Source of the DNA: Phallusia mammillata
Taxonomy: Eukaryota
Assembly: GCA_965637545.1 (NCBI GenBank)
Contig: OZ281495.1
Coordinates: forward strand, 11,842,001 to 11,906,000
Direction: 5' to 3'
DNA length: 64,000 nt
Shown here in pieces: positions 11,546-24,500 of this stretch (position 1 is its first letter; each line of letters starts with the position of its first letter). The position numbers and the translations under genes were made by a program. The notes under the pieces were generated by a model. That model did no database searches and had not been told where the DNA came from. It saw nothing but the letters and a program-made list of their open reading frames with translations.

Positions 11546-14500
11546 ATGTCATCACAAAAGGTTTGCAAAAGTTTATAATTTAGATTAGTATATTAGGAAA
11601 AGAAATATGTGGTATGTTTTTCCTTCTTGACAGCACAACAAATTGTGGGGAGGTCGATTCGATGGCCGAACAGACCAATTGATGGAAAGTTTCAATGCCT
11701 CAATTAGTTACGATAAACGTTTGTGGAAAGCAGATATTGCTGGCAGCAAAGTGTATTCCCTTGCTTTATCAAAATGTGGACTTATTTCGGAACATGAACA
11801 ACTTGCTATACACGATGGTGAGAATTTAAAATCAATTTTCATTTGAAATATTGTTTAAATTGCGACTTTTCGTCAAGAAAAAGTTTTTTTAGATCCGTTT
11901 GTTATTTACAGTTTTTTTGTATTTTGTAAATTTTATTCTGTGTTTTGTGTGACTGCTTGTAGGACTGTCTAAAGTTGGTGAGGAATGGAGCGAAGGAACT
12001 TTCCAGATCATTGAATCTGATGAAGACATTCACACAGCAAATGAACGGAGATTGTCTGAAGTTATTGGTGCCAATATTGCAGGAAAATTACACACTGGTC
12101 GAAGTCGAAATGACCAGGTGGCTACCAGGAGATTAGAAAATTCTTACATGCACAGTGATAACTAATGCAAACAACTCTTTAAGGTAGCAGTGGACACTCG
12201 ACTGTGGCTTAGAGATGAGATTGATAAAATATCCAAGCATGTAGCAACACTGATAAATAACATAACAAATCGAGCAGAGAAAGATGTGGATGTTTTATTT
12301 CCAGGCTATACGCATATGCAGCGTGCTCAGCCAATCAGGTTTGTGTTTAAAAAGCAGATTGAAAACGGCAATTTTGAAAATCATTTTAAACTGGACTATT
12401 GCTGTTTTTCTTTTTTAAATTAAAAATTGGATTTTAAAACTTGGCATGTAAAATTTTAAAAACAAACATTGTAAAATTTGAAATTGAATCTGTTTCACAT
12501 TATTTTGCTTGATTTGAACCCATTTTGTATTCACATGAGATGTTGTTTTCCTGGCCAACAGCTTATTTTGCCTCGTAAAGAACATTTTTATATATTTTAG
12601 ATGGAGCCACTGGCTTATGAGCTATGCTGTAAACTTTTTGCGACAACAAAACAAACTTCAGGAAATTCGTAAGCGAGTTAATATCTTGCCACTGGGAAGT
12701 GGAGCCTTGGCCGGAAATCCATTTAATGTGGATCGAGAACTAATGGCAAAGGAACTTGGGTTTGATGAAATTAGTTGGAACAGTTTGGATGCTACTGGTG
12801 GCAGAGACTACATAGGTAGAGTGTATGTGACTACTTTTTGTCAAAAATTCATGTTTACATATAACCTACTTGTGAAATGATTAAAAGTCATTACAAAATC
12901 ACCTTGGGACACTACATACGGATCTGTTCAAGTTTATGATGAATATAACCAAATAGACTTAAAAAGCGGGATGCTTTATTTTTCAAACTTTTCGGCAAAT
13001 GCTTATGCCATCATCAGTGGTATGAAGGCCACATCAGTTACACCATATACATTTAAGTCACATGAAGGATTGATAAAAAGGTAGGACACAAGCGTCACAT
13101 AAAAACAATAGATAAAAAAGGTGCGCAGAACTCAGGTGTATGCCACCATTTTTATCCAAATAAAATAGAATTGTATTTGCTGAAAAACCAAAACAATGTA
13201 ATAAAACTGATTCCCTGTCAATGTATCTTTCTAACAGCTGAAGTTTTGTTCTGGGCTTCACAAGTCAGCTGTACATTAAGTCGCCTCGCAGAAGACCTCA
13301 TTTTGTACAGTACAAAGGAATTTGCCTTTGTTACGCTTTCTGATGCGTACAGCACTGGTAGCAGCTTAATGCCACAGAAAAAGAATCCTGACAGTTTGGA
13401 ACTTATTCGAGGAAAAGCTGGAACAATTATTGGAAAGGTATTAATTACTGCTGACAAAATATAGTTTTTGTGAGTGCAATCTAATAAACTAAACCTAAAT
13501 TGTTGTGCGATTCTTATGTAATGCACAATGCTTTTTATCGTCAACATTAAACTTGGTTAGCAATTGCTAACATATATATTATGAACCAAAATATGGATAA
13601 AATCTTGAAAAGACTAGCTATTATTGCTGCCTTATTATTTTGTAGCAAAGTTTTCTTTTTTAGTTTTTAATTCCTATATTTTGTACAATTTGTATTCAAT
13701 CTTTTGTGCATGTGTGCTTTATTTGCTGTACTTTCCAAACATTACAACGTGTTACCTACAAATATGTTGAGCACATCATCTGTTTAGTTGCATAATCCTA
13801 AATATCATGAATTATTTATTTTGATTTGACTAGGCTTATTTGCCGATACCATATGTCACACATGTTCACACTCTATTTTTGTATTTACAAGTGCACTGGA
13901 TTTATGGTGACAATAAAAGGACTTCCAAGCACCTACAACAAAGATTTGCAGGAAGATAAAATCGCTCTTTTTGAAGTTTGTGATGCAATCAGTGCTGTAC
14001 TACAGGTGGATATCCTACTGTGTTAATAGAATGTCAATATGCTGCTGTATACATTAAAACAAACTTGTCATACAAACTATTGCATGTGTCACAAACATTT
14101 TTGGAAGGATGCTTTTCTCTGCTTGTCAATTTATATGAGTAGTGGATGTTAAAGAGTAATTAGAATGTTGTGATGCCACTATTTTATGCTTATTCATGTC
14201 TAACGAAGCTTGGGATTTCTCTGTCTTTGCCACCTTATAATCACAGGTTTACGGTTAAGCATTGTTTTGTTTGTTTGTTTGTATCATTTTTATCCTCGGT
14301 GGGCGGGCAATGCCTGAATGTGTTTTTCTCACAATGAGTCCGCCATCGAGCTACCTGTTTTATTGCAAGTCCGTTTCATTTTTTATTGGATTTTTTCGGT
14401 TTTAGGCAGTTGGTGACTCGAATTTAGTTCAACCCATTGGGAACCACTGGGTTGGAGCAATGCCGCTTAATTTTCTTAAATTTTCTTACCGAGATAGGAT

Positions 14501-16945
14501 TATCATAGTCAAGCTTCTGCATAAATTGATTTACTATTACTTTTTATCCAATTTCCACATTTTTTTCCAAAAAAATACCGGAAACCAGTGTAGAATGTTG
14601 ACAAAACATTTCCGTTGATTTTGCAGATATCAGCTGGTGTCATTGAAACTTTGTCCATTGATAGTGATCAAATGAAAAAAGCTTTGAGCTTGGGGATGTT
14701 AGCTACTGATGTAGCATACTACCTTGTTCGCAAAGGGGTAAGTCTTAGTACATCTACCAACAGTGTGCAACTTATTTAAATTTTAAACTGCAAATAATGA
14801 CATTACAGAAGGATGATTTCATAAAACCAATTGATATATTCTATTTACTCCATGTCCAATTAACCTTTAGGGGACCTCTTTTCAGGTTAAGAACAACTGA
14901 ATTAGATAATATTGTTTGTGTGTTTGTAATGATTTGATTTGAATAATATTATACCTAAACAAGAATGCAACAACAATTTTTGAGTTATTTTGGTTTATGA
15001 TACACTTCAGTCTTTGCATAAAATGTACATTTTAACACTAGGTTCCATTTCGTGAAGCCCATTCATTATCTGGCATGGTAGTAAAAAAGGCTGAGACAGA
15101 TCATTGTGAAATGAATGAGATTCCACTGACTGATCTTAAAACAATCAGGTAAACAGAGTTGTACCATACATTTTTCCATAATGAAGAATAACCTAGGGTG
15201 ACTTCCATTTGTTTACTTATTTAATATTTATCTCTATAGCTCCTTTCTTATTTCGCCAATGATTGGACTGTCTAAGAGCTACCTTCTTATGGCATTGCAT
15301 TAAGTTTTGTAAGGAGGATGGTTGCTAATGTGTTATCATGCAGATGCATTTCAGTTGTTTTTCGTTATGTCTCAATTGCACTTCTCAAGCAACAGTCATT
15401 CGTTGTGTTGTTTTTTAACTTGCAGATTTTAAGTTACCAACAAATGTTTTAATGTTTGTGGTGGTTTAAAGGCAAGGTAAAATACTCCATATTTTTTAAA
15501 GTTGATACTTCAACTTAGGATTGGTTTGACATGATTGGATGGCAGGCTGCTCCTTCATATATCACAAGTTCTTTTTACTTTGTTGCATTCCAAACACATA
15601 TATATTGAAATAACCAGTAGGGATGGGCCGAGCCGAGCCGAGCCAGTACCCGAGTACTCGGTACCGAGCGTCGCTGTTTTTAATCCTCGGTGCTCGGCCG
15701 AGCAGTTGCACAAATTGACCCGAGCGTTAAATTTGCATATTCAGCTAACATATGTAACGAGCGTTAAATTTGCCCTGCTAACATATGTAACTAGTGTTCC
15801 AAAGGGTGTCTATAAACAAAAACGAATGATTTTTAAATGCACTCTGATGGTGGAAAAACGCGTACTTAAAGGGCATGTACAGCTTAATAAAACACCGCCG
15901 GTGACGTAAGAGGCCTTGTAGAGCTAAAACGTAGAAAGGGGATTTTTTGTGACGTCATAATGCACCGAGCATGCTCGGCCGAGCACCGAGCATTAAAGTG
16001 AGATGCTCGGTGCTCGACCAAACAGAACACTTGCAGTTTCGGCACATCCCTAATAACCAGTATTATTTTGAGCCACAATGATAACAAAAGATAGCACCAG
16101 GGCATTGATCTGCTCAGAAACAAAACAAGAATCAGGACTCCTTGCCGGCCTGGCACCAAAATAGCTTAGCCGACCACATTCCATTTAGAATTCGGCTGTG
16201 TGGGCTGCTTAACCTGTATTCGCATTTGGCCTGTTGGTTGCAGTTTTTACGTGCTCTAACTCAGTGTGTCCAACCTTTTTTAAAAGCGACCCCAAATTAA
16301 GAGAAAATGAAATCAGCATTTACATGCGACCCCATTTTTTTCGATTATTGCGCTCAAATGTTAGAACCCAAAAGTTTCATTTAAATTGGCCAATCTAATT
16401 CGCCTTAAAGCTCATGCAGAAATCAGTAAATTTATGTAATTTACTTGTGTATTTTTGCCTGTACCTGCTGTATTATTTTGGTCACAATATGTCATTCATG
16501 GGGCTCTATCACTTAACAATGGGTTGGACAACTTGTGTTTTATATAGATTTGGGTCGCAACCTATCGGTTTTTAAGTATTGCATCACAATAATTAAATTG
16601 TGACACAAGAGGTGCCAAGCTGTACTGCTAAACATGAGAAAAGGTTGCGAACTAGAAGAAAAACGTATCATTTTTGGGGTAATAAATTTAACCGCCAATA
16701 AATTGAATTTATAGCAACCCGTGTAAAAGCTTAGGGGCCCCACTTGGGGTCGCGACCTACAGGTTGAAGACTACTGCTCAACTCACTGGTATGCTTTGTT
16801 TCACAGTGAGCATTTTGATGAAGATGTTGTTGGTGTTTGGAATTTTGAAAATTCCGTAGAGCAGTATCAAGCACCAGGTGGCACTAGTAAGTCAAGTGTG
16901 TTGGACCAAATTGCCAAGGTGCGTCAAAATTTGGTCACACATTAA
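11546..16945 (+). CDS. ASL: Argininosuccinate lyase; exons 11546-11560, 11634-11817, 11963-12117, 12184-12338, 12601-12815, 13238-13437, 13892-14005, 14627-14737, 15042-15148, 16807-16945
   Basis: [46 protein letters not shown], the fumarate-lyase signature [33 protein letters not shown] and [20 protein letters not shown], all in one phase-consistent spliced frame. Confidence 0.97.
14262..14480 (-). mobile_element. SINE copy (same family as 8255-8533) in an ASL intron
   Basis: The reverse complement contains GCGGCATTGCTCCAACCCAGTGGTTCCCAATGGG and TTGCCCGCCCACCGAGGATAAAA plus a (CAAA)n tail. Confidence 0.6.
15618..16052. mobile_element. hAT-type MITE with a perfect 8-bp TSD
   Basis: TIRs TAGGGATGGGCCGA / TCGGCACATCCCTA; TSD ATAACCAG at 15610-15617 and 16053-16060; subterminal GCTCGG/CCGAGC repeats. 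Confidence 0.85.
16262..16776. mobile_element. hAT/Charlie-type MITE
   Basis: Ends CAGTGTGTCCAACCTTT ... AGGTTGAAGACTACTG, internal GCGACCCC / GGGGTCGCGACC motifs, and similar flanks CTCTAACT / CTCAACTC. Confidence 0.55.
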
Positions 16946-17774
16946 TACCTTTTTCTATTCTGGAAAGTTCCTGTAGTGAAATAGTTGCAGTAAGAGTGTA
17001 CAGCTGTTATCTCTGAGTGATTTTAAATGAATTGATTTTCTGCGCTTTAGTTACTTCCTGCTTTTTGCTGCAATCCATATAGTTGTTTTGTCGATTCATA
17101 TTAATGAAATTTCTCATGTTAGCTTTTTATTTAGCTATTATTGTTTGCATATATTGTAATATCAAGTGCTTATCATACTACCATCTGCTTATGCTTTTAC
17201 ATACCGTAACTGTGTGTTAACTATTTTTACTTAACCAGTGTGATAAACTACTTGAATGTATTTGCACAAATGTGAAAATTTTAAAGACATTATGTGTAGG
17301 TGTGGGATTTAAACCCTTTTCCTCAATTAACGGCTTAAAATAGGCCTAAATTTTATTGGCAACATGTGTGTTATGCGAAACTTCCTACATTTAAAAAAAA
17401 TACTTTGAACTTTTAGTTAAAATCCCAAATCTTATAGTGTACAATGTTTGATTTTTGATTTGCAAGACATTTTGATATAAAAGCCTGTTTTAGCATGAAT
17501 TATTTTGTCAAAATGAGAATGTCCCTCATTAACGTAACTTTACAGTTTACAGGTATGTTCATTTACACTGTTCAAAAACGTGTGCAATGTAAATTGGTTT
17601 GTAACGGTTATTAGTTCGCCGCCAAGTAGTACAAACGCAATAAACTTCTTCATAATTGTAAGGTGTTTTTACGTGCAACGATTTGACCAACCGTATATTT
17701 GCTGGTAGAGAGCTCTGCGAGCCTGCTACCAACTTTTAAGCCTACCAAATGACTTAAAAACAAAAAACGAGATT

Positions 17775-20103
17775 TCACAACTTAAAACCGTTTATCTCTT
17801 CTGCTTTTGTGTGAGAGTAATCCTCAAGCTGTTCAACCAGAGTGTTGGTGCTAGGACTTGTTTCCAAAACTCCGAAATTGCTGTAGCGACTTCGCTGCAC
17901 GATCACGTCGACCAGCGGTTTTCCCAAGCATTTTGCTTCGACTATTTTCAACCAGGTCTCGTCGTTAAATTCAAGGTTTTGAAAGTGATCTGTAATGCCA
18001 CGTGTCTCCTCGTCAACCTGGTTAGGTAGAAAAAAGGTAAAATAGCTCAATTTTAAAACATTGAACCTTTACATGCAGTTTAAAGTAAAGTACAGGTAGT
18101 GTTAAAGTAAACTACAGGTAGTAAACTACAGGTAAAGTATCGACCTATAAGGTGTCATTAGTGCTTACGGCAAAAAGACGTTGATCGTATAGGCCAGGGG
18201 TGTCCAACTCAAACACAGCGCCGTGGCAATTTTGGTTTTAAAAAATAATCGCGTGCCAACGTTTGGTACTTTTTGCAAACCATGTCTTAAATGTCTCAGC
18301 TGTTCGGACTCAATCCAGTTATTTGGTCAATATGCACTGGTAGGACATTGTATGTTATTGATACGCGCATGTAGCTGAGACTATACGCGTGCAAATTGCA
18401 TGGGTTTCCTTTGGCATGAAACCAATGATATTTTAAAGACCAAGTGCAGCATTCCATTAAGTGGGTCATGTCAGCCAGTTCGGTTAAATCAAACATTAAA
18501 ATGTTATGGATTTACAGGCACTTCCATGGCTAATTTTGACTAAAATCCCGGCTTGCTGATGATATAACCAAGCAACATACCTTGTTTCTGATTGCAGCCT
18601 CCAGTTTTCGCTCCTCCAATTCCCTGTACATTGTGTCGTATCTGTCCCTGTAGTAGGTCTTCGTAAAGCAGCACCTCATCACACTGAAGACCAGAACCAT
18701 AGAGACACTGAACATCACCACCAGAATCCAACCAATCAGCTTCGAGGCACTTTTCGCGCGACTGTACTCATCCGAATACGGGAGAGTCTATATGTACAGA
18801 AAAGATTTACAGGTAAATGTTGATTTTTAACCGTCAATTCTACGCAGGAATGGCCTCACTTTATTCCATGTCGGTGCCATTTCTACTGACTTGTATACTT
18901 GATTTTTTACTCCAAAGTCAAAACGGGCTATGTTACAGTGTAACATGGAATTGCTTCTCGAAAAGCTAGAGATACCGTTATTGGCCCTTTCGTAGTTCCG
19001 AAATAGAAGCATTTTTTTATAATACTTTTTGGAAGTGAATTTGGACGGTACTACTTACATCCTCGCATTTAGTGCCATTTGTTTTGAACTCATATGGAAG
19101 CGTCGACATTGCGCATGCGTAGTAGTCTCCTTCTATGAAAGTAACAGCGATCCAAGCTGATGGTGCGATAAGTGCGGTGAAGGTAGTCACGCTGAAACAC
19201 ATGCAAGTGAAGCCAGTCCAACCTCTCCAGCGCCCCCTGTCGACATGGAAATGTGTTGTAAAGTAGTAGACATTTATTTCGACATGTTATGTACAACTAT
19301 AAAGTGGAGCAAAATGTTTGCAACCTCAGACCAGTTAATTTAATGTGCGCTCTTGGATTGCAGCACTCTATTTTCCTATAGATTTTATCCATAAAATGCA
19401 TGGTTTTTTACTTTACTACGTGAAGTAGGTACGCAATAATCTAATGTCAGCAGTCATTCCTGTAGAGCAAAAAAAAGATAAGTCGGGCATTTCAAAAAAA
19501 TTCTCAGTCACCCTGACAGTGCAAACAAAAGGGAGAGAGCAAGAGATAGAGGAAAAGAAAATAAGAGAGAAGTCTTACTCACACAGTGCCAAGTTAGATC
19601 TTTACGCCCGAATTAAACCAGTTAAAAATTAACATTTTTGAATAAATAGGATGTTTAGTAGGTTTTGAACCAGTTTTCTCAATACATTTTTATTCTTGTT
19701 TGTTGTCGATGCAGCTCCCTCAATAAATTAACAACGTGGCGCCATGAAGCATATCTGTCGTCTGGCTCGGCAAAACGTTTTACCTGTAACATTTTCCAGT
19801 GAAAACCTTCCAAACATCTGGATTCCACATCACTCCTACCACTAACAACGCCATCGCTGGTAAGAAAATGTAAGTCCAACCGAACGAGCTGTTTTTCAAA
19901 TACTTGCACTGCTTCGCTGGTTTACCACAATTCTCTTCTACAGTACGTGGGGAAACGCATGGGCATTTGAAGTAATAGTGAATGATAAGTTCAAATGTTA
20001 TAACTGTCAAAACGACTGCGGTATGTACAATGACCTCTTGAAAGTAGATTATCCTTTCTCTCATAGGTTTCAGTTCATACACTTTTGTCATTGACGGTTT
20101 CAT
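17775..20103 (-). CDS. CALHM: CALHM-family (calcium homeostasis modulator) large-pore channel; exons ~20103-19784, 19236-19059, 18787-18581, 18017-17775; start codon uncertain (alternative at 20166)
   Basis: FKCPC after TM1, PAMALLVVGVMWN..W (TM2), ALIAPSAWIAVTFIEGDYYAC (TM3), SKLIGWILV (TM4) and RCCFTKTYYRDRYDTMYRELEERKL parallel the CALHM1 motifs. Junctions are phase-consistent. Confidence 0.85.
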
Positions 20104-21527
20104 TTTGTTGTTGTTATACACGCTTATGTTTCGAGATTGCCTGCTTAGATAATGAAGAAAAATCATCTGTTCAACGCGGTGTTGTAGACGCTTATGTTGT
20201 TTGCGAAAAAATCGATCTTGTTGACTAAAATATGTGCCTTATTCCGAACTGCGATTACGGCTTTTTAATGGATGTCCAAATACGGTTTTGCCCGGCAATG
20301 GCGATTTACCAGTGTAAACAACGATTTTTGGATTGTCAAACAATGTAGCAATTTTACCCCATAAAGATTTTTTAACAAATTTGTACATTAAAAGAATGGA
20401 CACGTAGAGTTGGCATTATTATTCTTTTTATCAAAATATATGGCAAGAAAATCACAAAATGTCTAAACAATGCTGGAATTAAACACAACTAATAAATTGT
20501 GGCCTATATAACTTCTAAAGTGTAAATGTTCACAAATGGCACGAACACCAAAGATACATCTCAACTGACCTACATTTGTCTTTTGTTAGCCTACTATACA
20601 TACCATATATCAGTAACTTTTTGACGCCTGTTTGCCTACAAACGCTGATATTTTGTAATTTCTATACTCATCGTTTACCTTCACAACCACATACAAGGCA
20701 GAAACCACTGCTTTTTCACCACTACGACGTCCATTAACAAACAATTCCACCCCGGACACAAAGTGTCTTTACACAATTTATGCCTGGCAACTATCCAGCA
20801 AGTTGACAAACTTCCACGGCAAATAGCCGAGTGGAAATTATTTCTGCATCGTGGACCTTACTTTGCAACGACCGGTAGCTCTGGCATTGGATATTTTTCG
20901 AAGTAAAAAGTAAAACAGACTGACCGAAACTTAAGTGTGCATATTGACATAAGTAAAGCTGTCAGGCATTGTCAAAAAGGCAAATTGATTTGGTAAACAT
21001 TTTTATTTGTCAATTCGATGGAAGTCTATAACATTTATGAGCCTAAACTACCGTTTCGAACATGTATTTTTGATTAGGCTATAGTTTCTCCCGGAAGCGA
21101 GTGCGATTGTGCGAATCATTGCATTACCTCTACTATGCATATTTTCCCGCTTAATAGTTTTTTGGTCATGTAGCCTATCTGTTTAAAAAGTGCGATGTGA
21201 CTGGGATGACACCGATTTTGTGCAACTATTTCCCCCTAAAAGTGCCCCCCACACTAAAAAAGTTTTTGGGATTTGGGAAATCCCCATTTATTCTTTGCTA
21301 GGTGTCACTAGAGGTGTTGTGGTCACCAAGGAGACATGACACCATTTTTAGGTAAGTTCTACAAACGCAAACTTGTTTTTCTTTTTAGAGAAATACCACA
21401 TATGATGTGACATCAATTAGATTTAGAAAGAAAAAACAAAGCTCTTTTGTCTGCTAAACAAAGGCACCAAGGAGCCAATGACAAAATTTGACTTGCTGTT
21501 TTGGCCGTCAAAGTTTTGCACAAAATT

Positions 21528-24500
21528 ATGACTACCACCAAAGATCCTGTTTCTGTGGCTGATTACAATGTCAATAAGAGACATGTGTTCCATGGAAGAA
21601 AACAACGTGGAATGTATGAACTTGACTACTTGCCAAACACGAAATTGGAAGAACAAAAGAAGTGTTTCAATGATTTGGGTTCCTTGTCACTATTTAAAGC
21701 AGAGGTAACACTCTTTGTGACATAAATATTTTATATCATTGAGTCCAAAACTTTTTTACTTGGTTTTGTGCAGTACATATGTACCACCGATATTCAGAAA
21801 GCTCTTGCATACCACACCAACATACATACTGATAAACATCACAATATTATCTCTATAATGCATCTGTTTAATAGGTGGAATCTATTTTAAGGATACATAC
21901 ACATTTTTGTAGAGATCTCTTCATTTTAAATTGATGCAAAACTATTTTACTAATTAATGTGAAATTGTGGCCTGACAGTTTGTCTGTCAACATAATTATG
22001 TGTTGGTTTAACAATGTCAGATTTGGCCAAAAATTAAACTAATGGTATATATATACAATTAGGCTCAAGAAAGTGTTGTAAAAGTTGATGTTGGAGAAAG
22101 ACCAGTCACACCCATCAATGAAGCAATTCGCTCTGTTCCCAAAACTTTTACCATGTTATGCAAACATATTCGTCGAAGAATTAATCCAAGACCACAGTGG
22201 GAGCATATTTCAGTTGAGGATCAGAGAAGCCTCGTAAGAAAATACATTTATATTTATGCAAGTGTAAAATTATCAAACTTTCTGATGGGATTTTTTTTCA
22301 GGGTGCTGTAATTTTGGGTGAAGTGAATGCTGTATGGCCAACGTTTAGTAGACAAGTAGAAGACCCATTTTTGACAGATCGCCAAAATAAGGAACTACAA
22401 AGAAGAATAACGGTTAGTTAAATGTGTTTCTAGTTATCGCATGGATTAAATTTTGATTTGGCAAAAATATGAATCAAATAAACTAAAAAAGCTTTGTAAT
22501 CGGTTTTGGTCATTAGAATAGTTTAAACCATAAAACATCTATTGGTTAATAATGATATGGTAAAAACAAGATTGTGTTTGTTTACAGTAAGTTGGTTTGT
22601 ATTTTAAATGTTCAGAAAATATTTGCATTACCCTTTTCAAATTTTTCCCAGTATTAAACATAAAATGTAACCTCAAAAGTTTATTTTTTTACTTGTATTT
22701 AAGGTACATGTGGTCACTGTATGTGAACAACTTTTTCTTTATTATTGTGCCCAAGTAAAAGTTCTCAATGCAAGAGGAATTTTTAGTGAAGCTGCAAATC
22801 TATCAAGAATTCGTGGACAACTAGCACTTGATGCAGACAAATAGTAAGTGATGCCTTCCGTCTTAAGTGTACCATCAAAATATGTATTGATGTTTTATTA
22901 AAATCCATAATGCTGTTTTATTTTTGATAATTTTTGTTTTTTTTAGTTTGAATTTACTTTCTGTGAGGAGACACATAATCTCTGATCTAAAGAAAACATC
23001 AGGAGATGATTCAATGATGTTAACCAAAAAGAAAGATCCAGTTACACCTCTGCCTCCTAAAGTAAACTTAAACATAATTGCAACTTTGTTTTAACTTAAA
23101 AATCCAAAGTTGTGTAGTCACAAATGTAAAGGTACTACACATTTTTTGCTGACGTGTCATTTGAATCATTAAGTTTTTAAATTATTGGATTCAGCAATGA
23201 TTTTTTAAATACAAGCTGGTCATCAGCAATGCTGCTATTAACACACACTTTTGTGTTCACAGTCTCCAAGTCACCTTTCTTTCCGTAGTCTATTTCGAAG
23301 TAGTCGACCTAAAGAACACAAACAATATGAATTTAAAATGGGGGTAGAGCTCAAGGACTTGAGAAGTAAAATGCCTGCTATCAATATGGACCAGGTAAAA
23401 ACAAAATCATAACTGGCCACACAATTTATCTATTTTATTTTACACTTTTATAAAACCATTTAGGCTATTTCGTTATTGCCAAAACATCGAATATTTGTTG
23501 ATGATGAAGAAGAGATTGATGAAAGTTTAATGGCTGGTTATGCAGATCAAATGTCAACCTACAGAACTGAAAGTCCACAACCCAATTATAAAAGGTAAAT
23601 TTCTGCACGTATTCCATTGCTTATATTTGGCTGTAATGGGTTCAGTCATTCTTGGATTTTGCACACTTTTTTTCTTACTGCATGAGGCGTGTTTTGTAAT
23701 ACATTTATACTTAGGTTCAGTGCATGTTGAATTGCATATAAAGTTGAATAAAAAATGGTTAAATAAATCATTGTTTGTGGGTTGTAGTATTTTCAAGAAG
23801 TGGGCATCTGAACCTATGTTGGATATCCCAAGTTTGTTGCTCGATTCTTCCAAAAAAGACAGAGAGGTAATCTAAATTGTTATCACTTTTTATAATTTAT
23901 GTGTAAAGTTTATCTGGTCCTTATAATAAACCATATTTAAAAAATCTAATCATAATTTTTATAAAGGAATTGGAAAGTCCTCTTGCACGATCCAGAATGC
24001 AGTTCAGTCCTCAGAATCCTCCTTCAGCTGCACAGAAGCAGATGATTACAACTAGAATGATTTCAAGTGCACCTCATTTCCGTGGAAAAGGTATGTCCAT
24101 TTATTTATTTCTTTAATGCATAAAGCTACTTTATTTCAAAATAATATTAGTGTATTTTTCCTGCACAATATCTTGTCCATTAGTTGTTTTTTCTCACAAT
24201 GAGTCCATAGTATTGCTGCTTGTTTTTTGCATGGTCATTTTATTTGTTTTTTTTGGAGTCAGCGACTTAAATTTATTTCATCCCTTCGTCTTGGAACAAT
24301 GCAGCATAAGTTTTGCTCAGGAAAACACAAGAGGTAAAGATGGGCAAAAATCCATAAACTCGTGAGCACAAGGCAGTTGCTTTGACAACTCGCCAAATCA
24401 TCTGTTGTTGCTCCATCACTTTTATAGTTTGGCATGAACCCCCGAAAAGTATTGCAGAAACCATTTGGTTTGTTGTAGGATCAAAGGAAACCACAGCACT

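Noticed and set aside
15282-15397. H/ACA snoRNA or miR-92-family hairpin in an ASL intron (two stems, terminal ACA, AATTGCACTT)
   Set aside because: No ANANNA H box between the stems, and the 5' arm does not pair with the seed-containing arm.
18196-18340. MITE starting CAGGGGTGTCCAAC in a CALHM intron
   Set aside because: Only the left TIR is evident; no matching right end or TSD was found.
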